This document shows positions 19,623-28,082 of a DNA stretch of 64,000 nt, one piece after another; the first letter of the stretch is position 1, and every line of letters begins with the position of its first letter. The position numbers were made by a program, and so were the translations under genes. The notes under the pieces were generated by a model. That model saw only the letters and a list, made by a program, of their open reading frames with translations. It was not told the DNA's origin and searched no databases. Source of the DNA: Terriglobia bacterium (GTDB taxonomy: Bacteria; Acidobacteriota; Terriglobia; Bryobacterales; Bryobacteraceae); contig CAWCMS010000020.1 in NCBI GenBank assembly GCA_963796675.1, positions 630,540 through 694,539 of the forward strand, given 5' to 3'.

Positions 19623-22600
19623 TTATTGAACCGGCAGATTCTTTGAATAGGCCTGGACCGCGGAGAAGCCCGCGAAGGCCGCTTTCCCTCCGCCCGTCAA
19701 CGGCGCGGTGAAGGGCTGCGAATTGACTACCTCGACCGCCAGCGTCGTCGAACCGTTCGCGAGCGACGCGGCGTCCAGCGTGCCCGGCAGCAGGCTCGCG
19801 AGCACCGCAGCGGGAATCGTGTAGGAACCCGGCGCCGCCGGGACCTGGCAGGTAAAGCCCGTCGTGTGGAGGATGTTGGAGTTCGACGCATCCTTCCCCA
19901 CCACCGCATAGCTTCCTCCGATAATGTAGACTTGGCCCGATCCGCCGCCGGTCCAATTCAGGGTGAGCGGCTGGCTCCGGTTGATGGAAGATACCGAACT
20001 CCAGTTAGTAATTACGAAGTTATTCGGAAACGTAACCGAGGCGGTGAACGATCCTACGCCCTTACCGCCGCTGCCGGCGATCGTATAATTGCCGCCGGCC
20101 GCAATTGTCCCGCTGTTGAGCACCAGCCCGTAGATCGGACCTGGATTGCTGCTGAGCACCGTCATCGCCGCGCCCGCCGCCAGTCCCGGGCCCGCGACCG
20201 GCAGAGTCGCCCCCGCATCCAGGTAGGCGTTCGGCGCAGCCGGATTGGACGCGTTCGTCCCCGTCCGGTCCGTCACCGTGCAATCGCCGATCCGTGTGCC
20301 CGCGAAGATCGCCGCGTATTCCGCCGCGGTATAGACACTGAAGCCCCCGCTGACGATCTCCTGACTTGCGGTGGTCGTAGTCGGCGTAGTCCCCACGATG
20401 TAAGTCGAGATGGCCTGGGTCTTGGAAACCTCGAGCCCGCCGCCCACCACGGTGCCTCCGTTATCCAGCGACGCGAGCGCGCTCGAATCCAGTTGGGAGT
20501 CGGTACATGCGCTCTGCCCGCCCGCCGCAATCGGGATGGTCACCGTATTGCTCAGCTCTCCGCCCGCACTGACCTGCAACGAGGTGAAGCATCCCGTCGT
20601 GATATCGGAGGGAATCGTAAAGTTCACCTGCCAGAGCCCCGGATACCCCGACGAAGCGCCCGCATAGAGAGGCGTGATCGGCCGACCTCCCACGATCACG
20701 CTGAAATTGCCCGCCTGGGTCTGATCTCCGGATGTGCCGCCCGTATCGTTGGCCGCGTCGGCGCCGCCGCCCGTGCCCCACAGCACCAGCGTGTCGCCGG
20801 GATGAGCAGGCGTGAGCGTCCAATTCAGTCCGCCGAACCCAATGCTGCCGCTGGTGAACCGCGTGAGGCTCACCCCGCCGTTCACATTGCCGATGGTGGC
20901 CTGCGCCGTCCCGGTTCCCGCGCTGTTCGCGGTCGCGATGCCGAAGCTGCGCGCCACGACCGTCACGTTTTGCGGCGCACTGGCCAGGGTGTTGTAAGTC
21001 ACCCGCACCGCATAGGTGCCCGGTGCAATCGAGGATGGCAAGAGCCCCGCCACCTGCCCCGCCGACGTATACACGATCTTTGCATTGATCGCGGTGCCGC
21101 CTCCCTGCGGAGTAAACGTGATCGAAGTTCCGCTCAAACTTTGCGGGTAGTTCGGACCGCTGCCGGTGGCGAGCGCCGCCGGCCCCATGCCGCTGCCGAA
21201 GATCACGAACACCGTATCCGGCGCCAGCTTCGCCTGGTACCCCAGGGCGTTGAGGACGCTGCTCGCGCTGAAGACAGGAGCGCCCGCGCCCGTCACCGTC
21301 AGCGTCACCGAAAAGGTCTGCGGCGATGTTCCGGAAGAGCTTGGCGTCAACGTGACCGCTCCCTGATACACGCCGCCGGGCAGCCCCGCCGGGTTGACCG
21401 ACACCGTCAGCGTAGCCGGAGCCGTTCCGCTCGCGGGGCTGACCGACAGCCAGTTGCCGCCCGAAGTCGTCGAGGCCGCTGCCGTAAAGCCCAGGCCAGA
21501 GCTCGAAGCCGTCACGCTGACGGTTTGACTCGCCGGACTCGCGCCGCCGATCGTGTAAGCGAACGAGAGCGAAGTCGGACTCGTCGACAGGCCCACTGCG
21601 GCCGCGATCTTCCGAACCCGCGCCACGCCCCCCGCGCTCCCCGCCACATAGAGGTTGCCCGACGCATCCAGCACGACGTCTTTCGGGACGCCGAGAAACG
21701 CGCTGGTTGCCGGCCCTCCGTCGCCGATCGGCGTCGATGCGTTACCATCGATTCCCGCGTAGGTTGAGATGATCCCCGCGGCGTCCACCTTGCGGATCCG
21801 GCTGTTGCCGTTGTCGGCGATGTAGAGATTGCCCGAGTGGTCCACCGCCAGCCCGATCGGTCCGGACAGCGTAGCCGCCGTCGCCGGACCTCCGTCGCCC
21901 GTGAACCCGTTGGTCTTGGTGGTCTGCCCCGCGATCGTGTGGATGATGCCGGCCGTATCCACCTTCCGCACGCGCGAATTGCTGGTCTCCGAAATGTAAA
22001 CGTTGCCTGCATCGTCGGTCGCTACGCCCTCCGGCCGGGACACTGCCGACGTATTCGCCGCCACGCCGTCGCCCGAATAGCTGACGTTCCCGTTGCCGGC
22101 GAAGGTGCTGATGATCCCCGCCGCCGTCACCTTGCGTACACGGCTATTCGAGGAGTCCGCGATATAGAGGTTGCCCGCGCTATCGAGCGCGATCCCGGCC
22201 GGGAAGTCGAGTTGCGCGCTGGTGGCCTGGCCGCCGTCGCCTGAAAATCCCGGCGCCCCGGTCCCCGCCACGGTGCTGATGATCCCCGCGGCGTTGACCT
22301 TGCGCACCACGTGGTTCTCACCGTCGCTGATGTACAGGTTCCCGGCCGAATCCACTGCCAGCCCGTATACGCTCCCGTTGGCAAAGATTTGCGCGCTAGT
22401 GGCCGAACCGCCATCCCCCGTGTAGCCCGGCATCCCGTTCCCCGCCACCGTCGTGATCACACCGGACGGGTTCACCTTGCGGACCTTGCTCGATTGCCCG
22501 TCCCAGATGTACAAATTCCCCGACCGGTCGAGTGTGATTCCCCCCGCCGACGGCAGCCATGTGCTGGTCGCCTGCCCGCCGTCCGCCGAATTGCAGCAGG

Positions 22601-22691
22601 TCGAAGACCCCGCCACCGTCACGATCGTCCCCTGCGCATGGCACAAGCCGGCCGCCATCCCAAACACCGCGATCCGTAACCCGTTTTTCAT
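19623..22691 (-). CDS. Secreted NHL-propeller protein (6 blades) with a BACON-like Ig domain, a TIGR03437-like domain and a C-terminal region of about 310 aa that I cannot assign
   Basis: Begins MKNGLRIAVFGMAAGLCHAQ, followed by six NHL units, then SLSFAYTIGG..GGNWLSVSPASGTAPATLTVSVNPAGL, then ...YPGLWQVNFTIP. It is a paralogue of the downstream gene. Confidence 0.85.
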   Translation of the reverse strand: MKNGLRIAVFGMAAGLCHAQGTIVTVAGSSTCCNSADGGQATSTWLPSAGGITLDRSGNLYIWDGQSSKVRKVNPSGVITTVAGNGMPGYTGDGGSATSAQIFANGSVYGLAVDSAGNLYISDGENHVVRKVNAAGIISTVAGTGAPGFSGDGGQATSAQLDFPAGIALDSAGNLYIADSSNSRVRKVTAAGIISTFAGNGNVSYSGDGVAANTSAVSRPEGVATDDAGNVYISETSNSRVRKVDTAGIIHTIAGQTTKTNGFTGDGGPATAATLSGPIGLAVDHSGNLYIADNGNSRIRKVDAAGIISTYAGIDGNASTPIGDGGPATSAFLGVPKDVVLDASGNLYVAGSAGGVARVRKIAAAVGLSTSPTSLSFAYTIGGASPASQTVSVTASSSGLGFTAAASTTSGGNWLSVSPASGTAPATLTVSVNPAGLPGGVYQGAVTLTPSSSGTSPQTFSVTLTVTGAGAPVFSASSVLNALGYQAKLAPDTVFVIFGSGMGPAALATGSGPNYPQSLSGTSITFTPQGGGTAINAKIVYTSAGQVAGLLPSSIAPGTYAVRVTYNTLASAPQNVTVVARSFGIATANSAGTGTAQATIGNVNGGVSLTRFTSGSIGFGGLNWTLTPAHPGDTLVLWGTGGGADAANDTGGTSGDQTQAGNFSVIVGGRPITPLYAGASSGYPGLWQVNFTIPSDITTGCFTSLQVSAGGELSNTVTIPIAAGGQSACTDSQLDSSALASLDNGGTVVGGGLEVSKTQAISTYIVGTTPTTTTASQEIVSGGFSVYTAAEYAAIFAGTRIGDCTVTDRTGTNASNPAAPNAYLDAGATLPVAGPGLAAGAAMTVLSSNPGPIYGLVLNSGTIAAGGNYTIAGSGGKGVGSFTASVTFPNNFVITNWSSVSSINRSQPLTLNWTGGGSGQVYIIGGSYAVVGKDASNSNILHTTGFTCQVPAAPGSYTIPAAVLASLLPGTLDAASLANGSTTLAVEVVNSQPFTAPLTGGGKAAFAGFSAVQAYSKNLPVQ
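21606..22631 (-). repeat. Intragenic tandem NHL-blade repeats (six copies)
   Basis: Same repeat unit as in 17209-19545; coding. Confidence 0.65.
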
Positions 22692-22845
22692 CTCTCTGAA
22701 CTCCCCTCTAAACTGCTGCCTCGTCGCTCGGGTTTCGATAAAATACCCAGAAGAAGCGCGGGCGAATTGCTGAGAGCGATGCTTTCACGGATTGCCGCTG
22801 ACGGGGTCTGAAGAGCTATCAAGAATTCTAAAGAACGATAAGCCT

Positions 22846-25584
22846 ATGCCCTTCAATACAGACCGCTGGTCGGAGTGGGAAGTGACCGGGCGCGTCTGGC
22901 GGTTTGAACAGTTTGACTTCGATGAATCGAGCCGCGAGCTGCGCTCCAATGGTGACGCGGTCGAACTGGAATCGAAGCCCCTCGAAGTCCTCTACCAGCT
23001 CTTGCTGCACGCCGGTGAGGTGGTCACGAAGGAAGAATTGCTCGAGCTCGGCTGGCCCGGCGTGACTGTCGTCGAAGGCTCGCTCGCCACCGCTGTTTCG
23101 AAACTCCGCAAAGCGCTTGGCGATGAAAACCGCATCGTCCTCACAGTGCCCCGAGTCGGCTACCGCCTGGCAGTACCAGTACAATGCAAGACCGTCGCCC
23201 CGCCCCCGGCGCGCGATCTCGGCTTCCAACCCGGCGACGCCGTCCCCGGCCGCGACCAGTGGCGCTTCGTCCGCAAACTCCACGAATCGGCGTCCAGCGA
23301 AGTGTGGCTCGCCGAACATCCCAAGACGCACGAATCCCGCGTCTTCAAATTCGCCGGCGATGGTCTTCGCCTTCGCGGCCTCAAGCGCGAGGTCACCCTC
23401 GCCCGCCTCCTGAAGGACTCCCTCGGTGAACGCCCCGATTTCGTCCGCGTCCTCGAGTGGAACTTCGACACGCCGCCCTACTACCTCGAAAGCGAATTCT
23501 GCGGTCCCAACCTCGCGGAATGGGCCGAATCCCGTGGCGGCCTTCCCGCCATTCCCCTCGTGGACCGCATGCGCATCATCCTCGAACTCGCGCAAGCCGT
23601 CGCCGCCGCCCACGCGATCGGCGTGCTCCATAAGGACCTTAAGCCCGCCAACATCCTGATCGCTCCCAATGGTGATGATTTCCAGCTAAAGGTCGCCGAT
23701 TTCGGTAGCGGCGCGCTCGTCGATCCCGCCCGGCTCAACGCGTTGGGCATCACGAACCTCGGCTTCACCCAAACCATGTCCGGGGCCGAAGGCGAGCTCA
23801 CCGGCACGTTGATGTATCTGCCGCCCGAAGTGCTCGCCGGCCAATCGCCCACCGCTTCCGCCGATGTCTACGCGCTCGGCGTGCTGATCTACCAGTTGGT
23901 GGCCGGCGATTTTCGCAAACCGCTTTCCCCCGGCTGGGAGGCCGACGTTCCCGATCCGCTGATCCGCGAAGACATCGCGCAGGCTGCCTGTGGCGACCCG
24001 GTGCGCCGCCTTCCCAGCGTGGCCCTCCTGGTCGAACGTCTGCAGACGCTCGAAACCAGGCGCACCGAGCGCCGGGAACTCGAACTCACCCGCGAGCGCG
24101 CCGCCCTCGCCGAGCGCCGCCTCTCCGCCTCCCGTGCGCGCCGTCCTTGGGCCATCGCCGCCGCCGTGACCCTGGCCGTTGGACTCGCTGTCAGCCTTTT
24201 CTTCTGGGGACGCGCCGCCCGGGAACGCGACCGCGCCAACCGCCAGACCGCCATCGCCGCCTCCGTCAACCGCTTCCTGGGCGACGACCTTCTCGCCCGC
24301 AGCGACCCCTTCCAAAGCGGCAAGTCCCAGGAGACCCTGCTCGACGCCGTGGAAGGCGCCTCGCCCGAAATCGATCGCCAGTTCCATGGCGAACCCGAGG
24401 TCGCCGCGCGGCTCCACGAAACCATCGCCAAGGCGCTCAACAATCGCAGCGAGTATCCCGACGCCCGCCGCGAATTCGCCCGCGCCGCCGCCCTCTACAT
24501 CCAGGCGCAAGGGCCGCTCTCGCAGGACGCCATCGTCGTCGGCCTCCAGCAGGCATCCATGGAAGCGCGCACCTATCAGCAGGGCTCATTGCAGACCGCC
24601 CGCGCGCTGCTTGCCAAGCAGGAGGCGCTCATCCCGAAACTTACCGGCCCGCGTGAGGACCTCCCCGTCTGGCTCGCCACGGCGCGCGGCATGATCGCGC
24701 TGATCGCGAACGACGCCAAGACCGCCGCGGCCCAATTCCAGGCCGCTTACGACACCGCCTCGAAGCTTCCCGAATTCGACACCGAGGACCGCCTGACCAT
24801 CAAGCAGCGCGCCGCCTTCGCCTACATCCGCCTCGGCGACGGCGTCACCGCCGAGCGTCTTTTCCGCGAGCTGATTTCGGAGTTCTCGCGCACCAGCGGC
24901 CCCGAAAGCGCCAGCGTTCTCCGCGTGCGCCTCAACCTCGCGCAAGCCTACATGGTGGAAGGCAAGAACCGCGAAGCCGTCGATGAAGCCACCGCCATCT
25001 ATCCTCTATACGTCTCGCACCTCGGCGAAAGCCACGAACTGACCATGCAACTGGTCACCACGCGAGCCCAGTGCGAAGGCAGCCTCGGCCTCCTGGACGA
25101 CGCCATCCGCGACGATCTTGCTATTTATAAAGTCGCGCTCCAGAAGCAGGGACCGAAGTCGTTCTTCAGCGTCGCCGCACTTTCCGACGCCGCGCTCGCG
25201 CAATGCCGCGCCGGGCACCTCGATCAGGGGGAGTCCAACGGGCGCAAGTCCTACGAAGCCGCCGTCGCCGGGTTCGGGCCGCACAGCGCCCTAGCCGATG
25301 GCACGGCCTACACGCTCGCCACTTGCCTGATCCGTCTCGATCGCCTGCCCGAAGCCTCCGGCCTCCTCGAGCACATCGATAGCAACGCCGTCGCGCAACT
25401 CACTGGGGACCGCGGCTGGGGCGCCAACGTCACCCTGGCCCAGGCCGAAATCGCCTACCGCCGCAAAGACTACGCCACTGCCCGCCGCTTTCTCCACCAG
25501 GCCTCCGAGATCTTCTCGAAGCCCGATGCCGAGCCCTACCAGCGCCACGCCGTCGAAGTGCTCACCGCCGCTCTCGCGAAGTAA
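22846..25584 (+). CDS. One-component regulator: OmpR/CadC-type winged-helix DNA-binding domain + Hanks Ser/Thr kinase + TM helix + TPR-like sensor region
   Basis: ATG at 22846. The wHTH reads WRFEQFDFDESSRELRSNGDAVELESKPLEVLYQLL...VSKLRKALGD..IVLTVPRVGYRLAV. Kinase motifs are RVFKFA (Lys), HKDLKPANILI, ADFGSG and MYLPPE. The TM helix is PWAIAAAVTLAVGLAVSLFFWG, followed by about 440 aa of helical repeats. Confidence 0.85.
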   Translation: MPFNTDRWSEWEVTGRVWRFEQFDFDESSRELRSNGDAVELESKPLEVLYQLLLHAGEVVTKEELLELGWPGVTVVEGSLATAVSKLRKALGDENRIVLTVPRVGYRLAVPVQCKTVAPPPARDLGFQPGDAVPGRDQWRFVRKLHESASSEVWLAEHPKTHESRVFKFAGDGLRLRGLKREVTLARLLKDSLGERPDFVRVLEWNFDTPPYYLESEFCGPNLAEWAESRGGLPAIPLVDRMRIILELAQAVAAAHAIGVLHKDLKPANILIAPNGDDFQLKVADFGSGALVDPARLNALGITNLGFTQTMSGAEGELTGTLMYLPPEVLAGQSPTASADVYALGVLIYQLVAGDFRKPLSPGWEADVPDPLIREDIAQAACGDPVRRLPSVALLVERLQTLETRRTERRELELTRERAALAERRLSASRARRPWAIAAAVTLAVGLAVSLFFWGRAARERDRANRQTAIAASVNRFLGDDLLARSDPFQSGKSQETLLDAVEGASPEIDRQFHGEPEVAARLHETIAKALNNRSEYPDARREFARAAALYIQAQGPLSQDAIVVGLQQASMEARTYQQGSLQTARALLAKQEALIPKLTGPREDLPVWLATARGMIALIANDAKTAAAQFQAAYDTASKLPEFDTEDRLTIKQRAAFAYIRLGDGVTAERLFRELISEFSRTSGPESASVLRVRLNLAQAYMVEGKNREAVDEATAIYPLYVSHLGESHELTMQLVTTRAQCEGSLGLLDDAIRDDLAIYKVALQKQGPKSFFSVAALSDAALAQCRAGHLDQGESNGRKSYEAAVAGFGPHSALADGTAYTLATCLIRLDRLPEASGLLEHIDSNAVAQLTGDRGWGANVTLAQAEIAYRRKDYATARRFLHQASEIFSKPDAEPYQRHAVEVLTAALAK

Positions 25585-25591
25585 TCACCTC

Positions 25592-25625
25592 AGCCCGTGG
25601 GGCAGGTTTCAACCTGCGACGGGCT
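25592..25625. terminator. Long hairpin between the convergent kinase and serpin genes
   Basis: AGCCCGT-GGG-GCAGGT-ttca-ACCTGC-G-ACGGGCT. The serpin stop codon (TCA on the plus strand, 25609-25611) sits in the loop. Confidence 0.45.
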
Positions 25626-26814
25626 TCAGCCCGTCTCCCGGACTCGTCAGCCGCCCGGCAAACAGAATCAGCCCCGTCTTCGTATCGCGAATCAGGAAGA
25701 CGAACGGCCGATCCGCGCGGAAGACCGTCACCGGCGGCGAGATCTGCGCCGCGATCAGCGCGACACCCACGCCCGTCGCGGCAGCCGCTTCCGTGCCCTC
25801 TTCGGTCACATCCACGTAAGCCTTGTGCGTCACAGTCGAAAGCTGGAGGTCCCGCCGGTCGTCGATCCCCGAGAAATCCGCCCGGTTGCCGAAAGCCGTG
25901 CCCATTCCGAGACGCGTCAGCACTCCCGCCAGCGGAAAACACGATTCCACGCGGAATTTCGGAATCGAAGCCTGCACCTCACGCGGCGCAATTGACCCCA
26001 GCCAGCCCGCCAGCGCCTCCGGCTGCAGGTCGATCGTGCCGGCATCGGCGCCCGGTTTCGGCAGCAGGATGTCGAAGGCAAAGCCGCTCCCCGCGTACCG
26101 CATCTCGAGTACCTGGCCGCCCGCCGTCGCGGCATATCCGAACCGCGCCGTCTGGTGCATGAAGTCGGCCTGTACCGGGCTCCCCGACGCCGGATGGAAA
26201 GGCTCAGGCTTGGTATCGACGCGGCGGAACGCCCGCTCCCAGTTGCCATAGAAGTAGGTAGCGCTGCTCAATACCAGGACCGTCCGGTTGTCGAGAGACC
26301 CCGGAGGGAACAGATCGCTTATCCTGCCGTGCGTCCGCTCCGCCGTCCATTCGTTGATCTGCTCGCGGCCCTGCCCGGCGAAATCCACCATCACCGGCGC
26401 CGCCCCATACGCACTGCCGAGCGTCCGGGCGAATTCCGGCAGAATCCGGAATCCCTTCTGCACCCACAACGCGTTGGCGTCGAGAAACCGGTTCCCGCCC
26501 GAGTTCCCGGCAATGCGGATCGCCTTCGCCAGCGCTGCCACTTCCGCGTGATACTTCGCCTCGGCCGGGGGCTGCCCCAGCACCTTCGCAATCTCTTCCG
26601 CCGTCGCCCCGCGAGCCCCCGCCAGGGTCATCGAAAGGGCGTTCGCAACGCTGTACGGCGAGACCACCAGGCTCCCCGAGCCGCCTTTCGCCAGTTCTTC
26701 GTACATCGAGGCTGAAAACGCGTTCAAACCCCGGGTCACACCTACTTGCGCGTGCAGGCCGGCCGCCAGTCCGCAGGCCAGCACCGCTCCCCATAGCTTC
26801 TTGAATCCAGGCAT
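25609..26814 (-). CDS. Secreted serpin (serine protease inhibitor family)
   Basis: Start at 26814 (MPGFKKLWGAVLACGLAAGLHAQ). Contains SPYSVANALSMTLAGARGATAEEI, the hinge and reactive-centre loop EEGTEAAAATGVGVALIAAQISPP, and then FRADRPFVFLIRD. Confidence 0.85.
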   Translation of the reverse strand: MPGFKKLWGAVLACGLAAGLHAQVGVTRGLNAFSASMYEELAKGGSGSLVVSPYSVANALSMTLAGARGATAEEIAKVLGQPPAEAKYHAEVAALAKAIRIAGNSGGNRFLDANALWVQKGFRILPEFARTLGSAYGAAPVMVDFAGQGREQINEWTAERTHGRISDLFPPGSLDNRTVLVLSSATYFYGNWERAFRRVDTKPEPFHPASGSPVQADFMHQTARFGYAATAGGQVLEMRYAGSGFAFDILLPKPGADAGTIDLQPEALAGWLGSIAPREVQASIPKFRVESCFPLAGVLTRLGMGTAFGNRADFSGIDDRRDLQLSTVTHKAYVDVTEEGTEAAAATGVGVALIAAQISPPVTVFRADRPFVFLIRDTKTGLILFAGRLTSPGDGLKPVAG

Positions 26815-26905
26815 TGTGCAACATTCCCCCACTGCGGAATGCCGCGGGACGTGCAACCCTTTCGCGAGAATTGCACTCCGACGCTTGGCTATACTTGAGC
26901 CAGAT

Positions 26906-28009
26906 ATGGCCGGACACGCCCCGGGTTTTTGGCGGCGCCTCAGCGATGGAGTGGCCATCGACCAGCTCTGGTCGCAGCTCCACGCCGATGCTCGCGCCAG
27001 CTATCGCTTTTACGCCGCCGAGATCGACTTGGCGCCCCGCGAAGGCGAGCACCGGTTCCGGCGTTTCATGCGCATTGCGCGCGCGCTCCTTTGGGCGATT
27101 ATGATGAAGCTCTCGCCGGGGCGGCGAGTCCTTTTCCTCATATCGCTGATTCTCCTCGTGGTGCCCGGTGTGCAAATCCAATCCGGCGATACCCAGGTGC
27201 ATGTCGACAACCTCGCCGTTTTCGGCGGCCTCGGCATGTTCGTGCTGCTGGCGCTCGAACTGGCCGACCGCGTCACCATGAAGCGCGATCTCGAAATCGC
27301 CCGCGAGATCCAAAGCTGGCTGATGCCCGCCGAGCCGCCCACCGTTCCCGGCGTCGAGATCGCCTTCACAACGCGCCCCGCCAACACCGTCGCAGGCGAC
27401 TATTACGACGCCTTCCATCGCACCTCCGAAGGCCGCGACCACGTCCTGCTCGTGGTTGCCGACGTCGCCGGCAAAAGCGTCCCGGCCGCCCTCTTGACCG
27501 CGACTCTGCAAGCCAGCCTGCACACCCTGGCAGCGCTCCCCGGAAATCTCGTGGACCTGACCGCCCGGCTGAATCAATACGCCTGTTCGCAGAACCTCGC
27601 CGGGCGCCGCTTCACCACCGCCTTTCTCGCGGAATTCGAGCCTGATACCGGCCATCTGACGTACGTCAACGCCGGTCATAACTGGCCCGTGCTGCGACGG
27701 ACGTCGGGCGCCTTCGAACGTCTGGAAACAGGCGGCCTGCCGCTGGGAATCCTCGCGAATTCGCCCTATCAATCCGGCAGCACGACCCTCAATCCAGGCG
27801 ATCTGCTCCTGATCTTCACCGACGGTCTCGTGGAAGCCGAAGACGCACATCAGCAGGAGTTCGGCGAAGGGCGCATGCTGTCCGTTCTCGCAAATACAGG
27901 CGGTAGCGCGTCCGAAGTGCTGAAGGGTATCATGGCGTCGGTCGACGCCTTCGTCGGCTACACCCGCCAGCACGACGACATCACCTGCCTGGTCGTTCGC
28001 CGCGGCTAG
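26906..28009 (+). CDS. Membrane-anchored PP2C/SpoIIE-family phosphatase (RsbU-like)
   Basis: ATG at 26906. Two N-terminal hydrophobic segments, then IQSWLMP, AGDYYDAF, LVVADVAGKSVPAAL, YVNAGHNWP, LIFTDGLVEA and QHDDITCLVV. Confidence 0.85.
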   Translation: MAGHAPGFWRRLSDGVAIDQLWSQLHADARASYRFYAAEIDLAPREGEHRFRRFMRIARALLWAIMMKLSPGRRVLFLISLILLVVPGVQIQSGDTQVHVDNLAVFGGLGMFVLLALELADRVTMKRDLEIAREIQSWLMPAEPPTVPGVEIAFTTRPANTVAGDYYDAFHRTSEGRDHVLLVVADVAGKSVPAALLTATLQASLHTLAALPGNLVDLTARLNQYACSQNLAGRRFTTAFLAEFEPDTGHLTYVNAGHNWPVLRRTSGAFERLETGGLPLGILANSPYQSGSTTLNPGDLLLIFTDGLVEAEDAHQQEFGEGRMLSVLANTGGSASEVLKGIMASVDAFVGYTRQHDDITCLVVRRG

Positions 28010-28020
28010 TCTTGGGTGGG

Positions 28021-28055
28021 GCGGCCAATTGTGGCCGCAGCCGCCTTTCAGGCGG
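28021..28055. terminator. Two small hairpins between convergent genes
   Basis: GCGGCCA-attg-TGGCCGC (28021-28038) and CCGCC-tttca-GGCGG (28041-28055). Confidence 0.35.
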
Positions 28056-28082
28056 CGGGACTCGCGCCCCACGCCTCGCGCC

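Noticed and set aside
19615-19956. N-terminal extensions of track ORFs (16465-19956, 25609-26958, 29146-30402, 10814-13096, 9861-10910, 31300-35076, 2851-3849)
   Set aside because: The extensions overlap the upstream gene and precede an internal start that has an SD and a signal peptide or lipobox. I trimmed these genes to the internal starts.
16423-21767. 894-aa and 633-aa plus-strand ORFs (16423-19107, 19866-21767) and many smaller ones
   Set aside because: They are antisense to the NHL genes. They are extremely Arg-rich (RRR, RHR runs) with no domain signature, while the NHL frame shows 18 regular blades.
17209-22631. Periodic DNA repeats, considered as a possible CRISPR-like or non-coding tandem array
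   Set aside because: The period (~165-175 nt) and its content correspond exactly to NHL blades in an open reading frame. There is no repeat-spacer structure and there are no cas genes.
26204-28072. 622-aa minus-strand ORF
   Set aside because: It is antisense to the PP2C phosphatase and overlaps the serpin 5' end. There is no motif, and the plus-strand frame has all the PP2C blocks.
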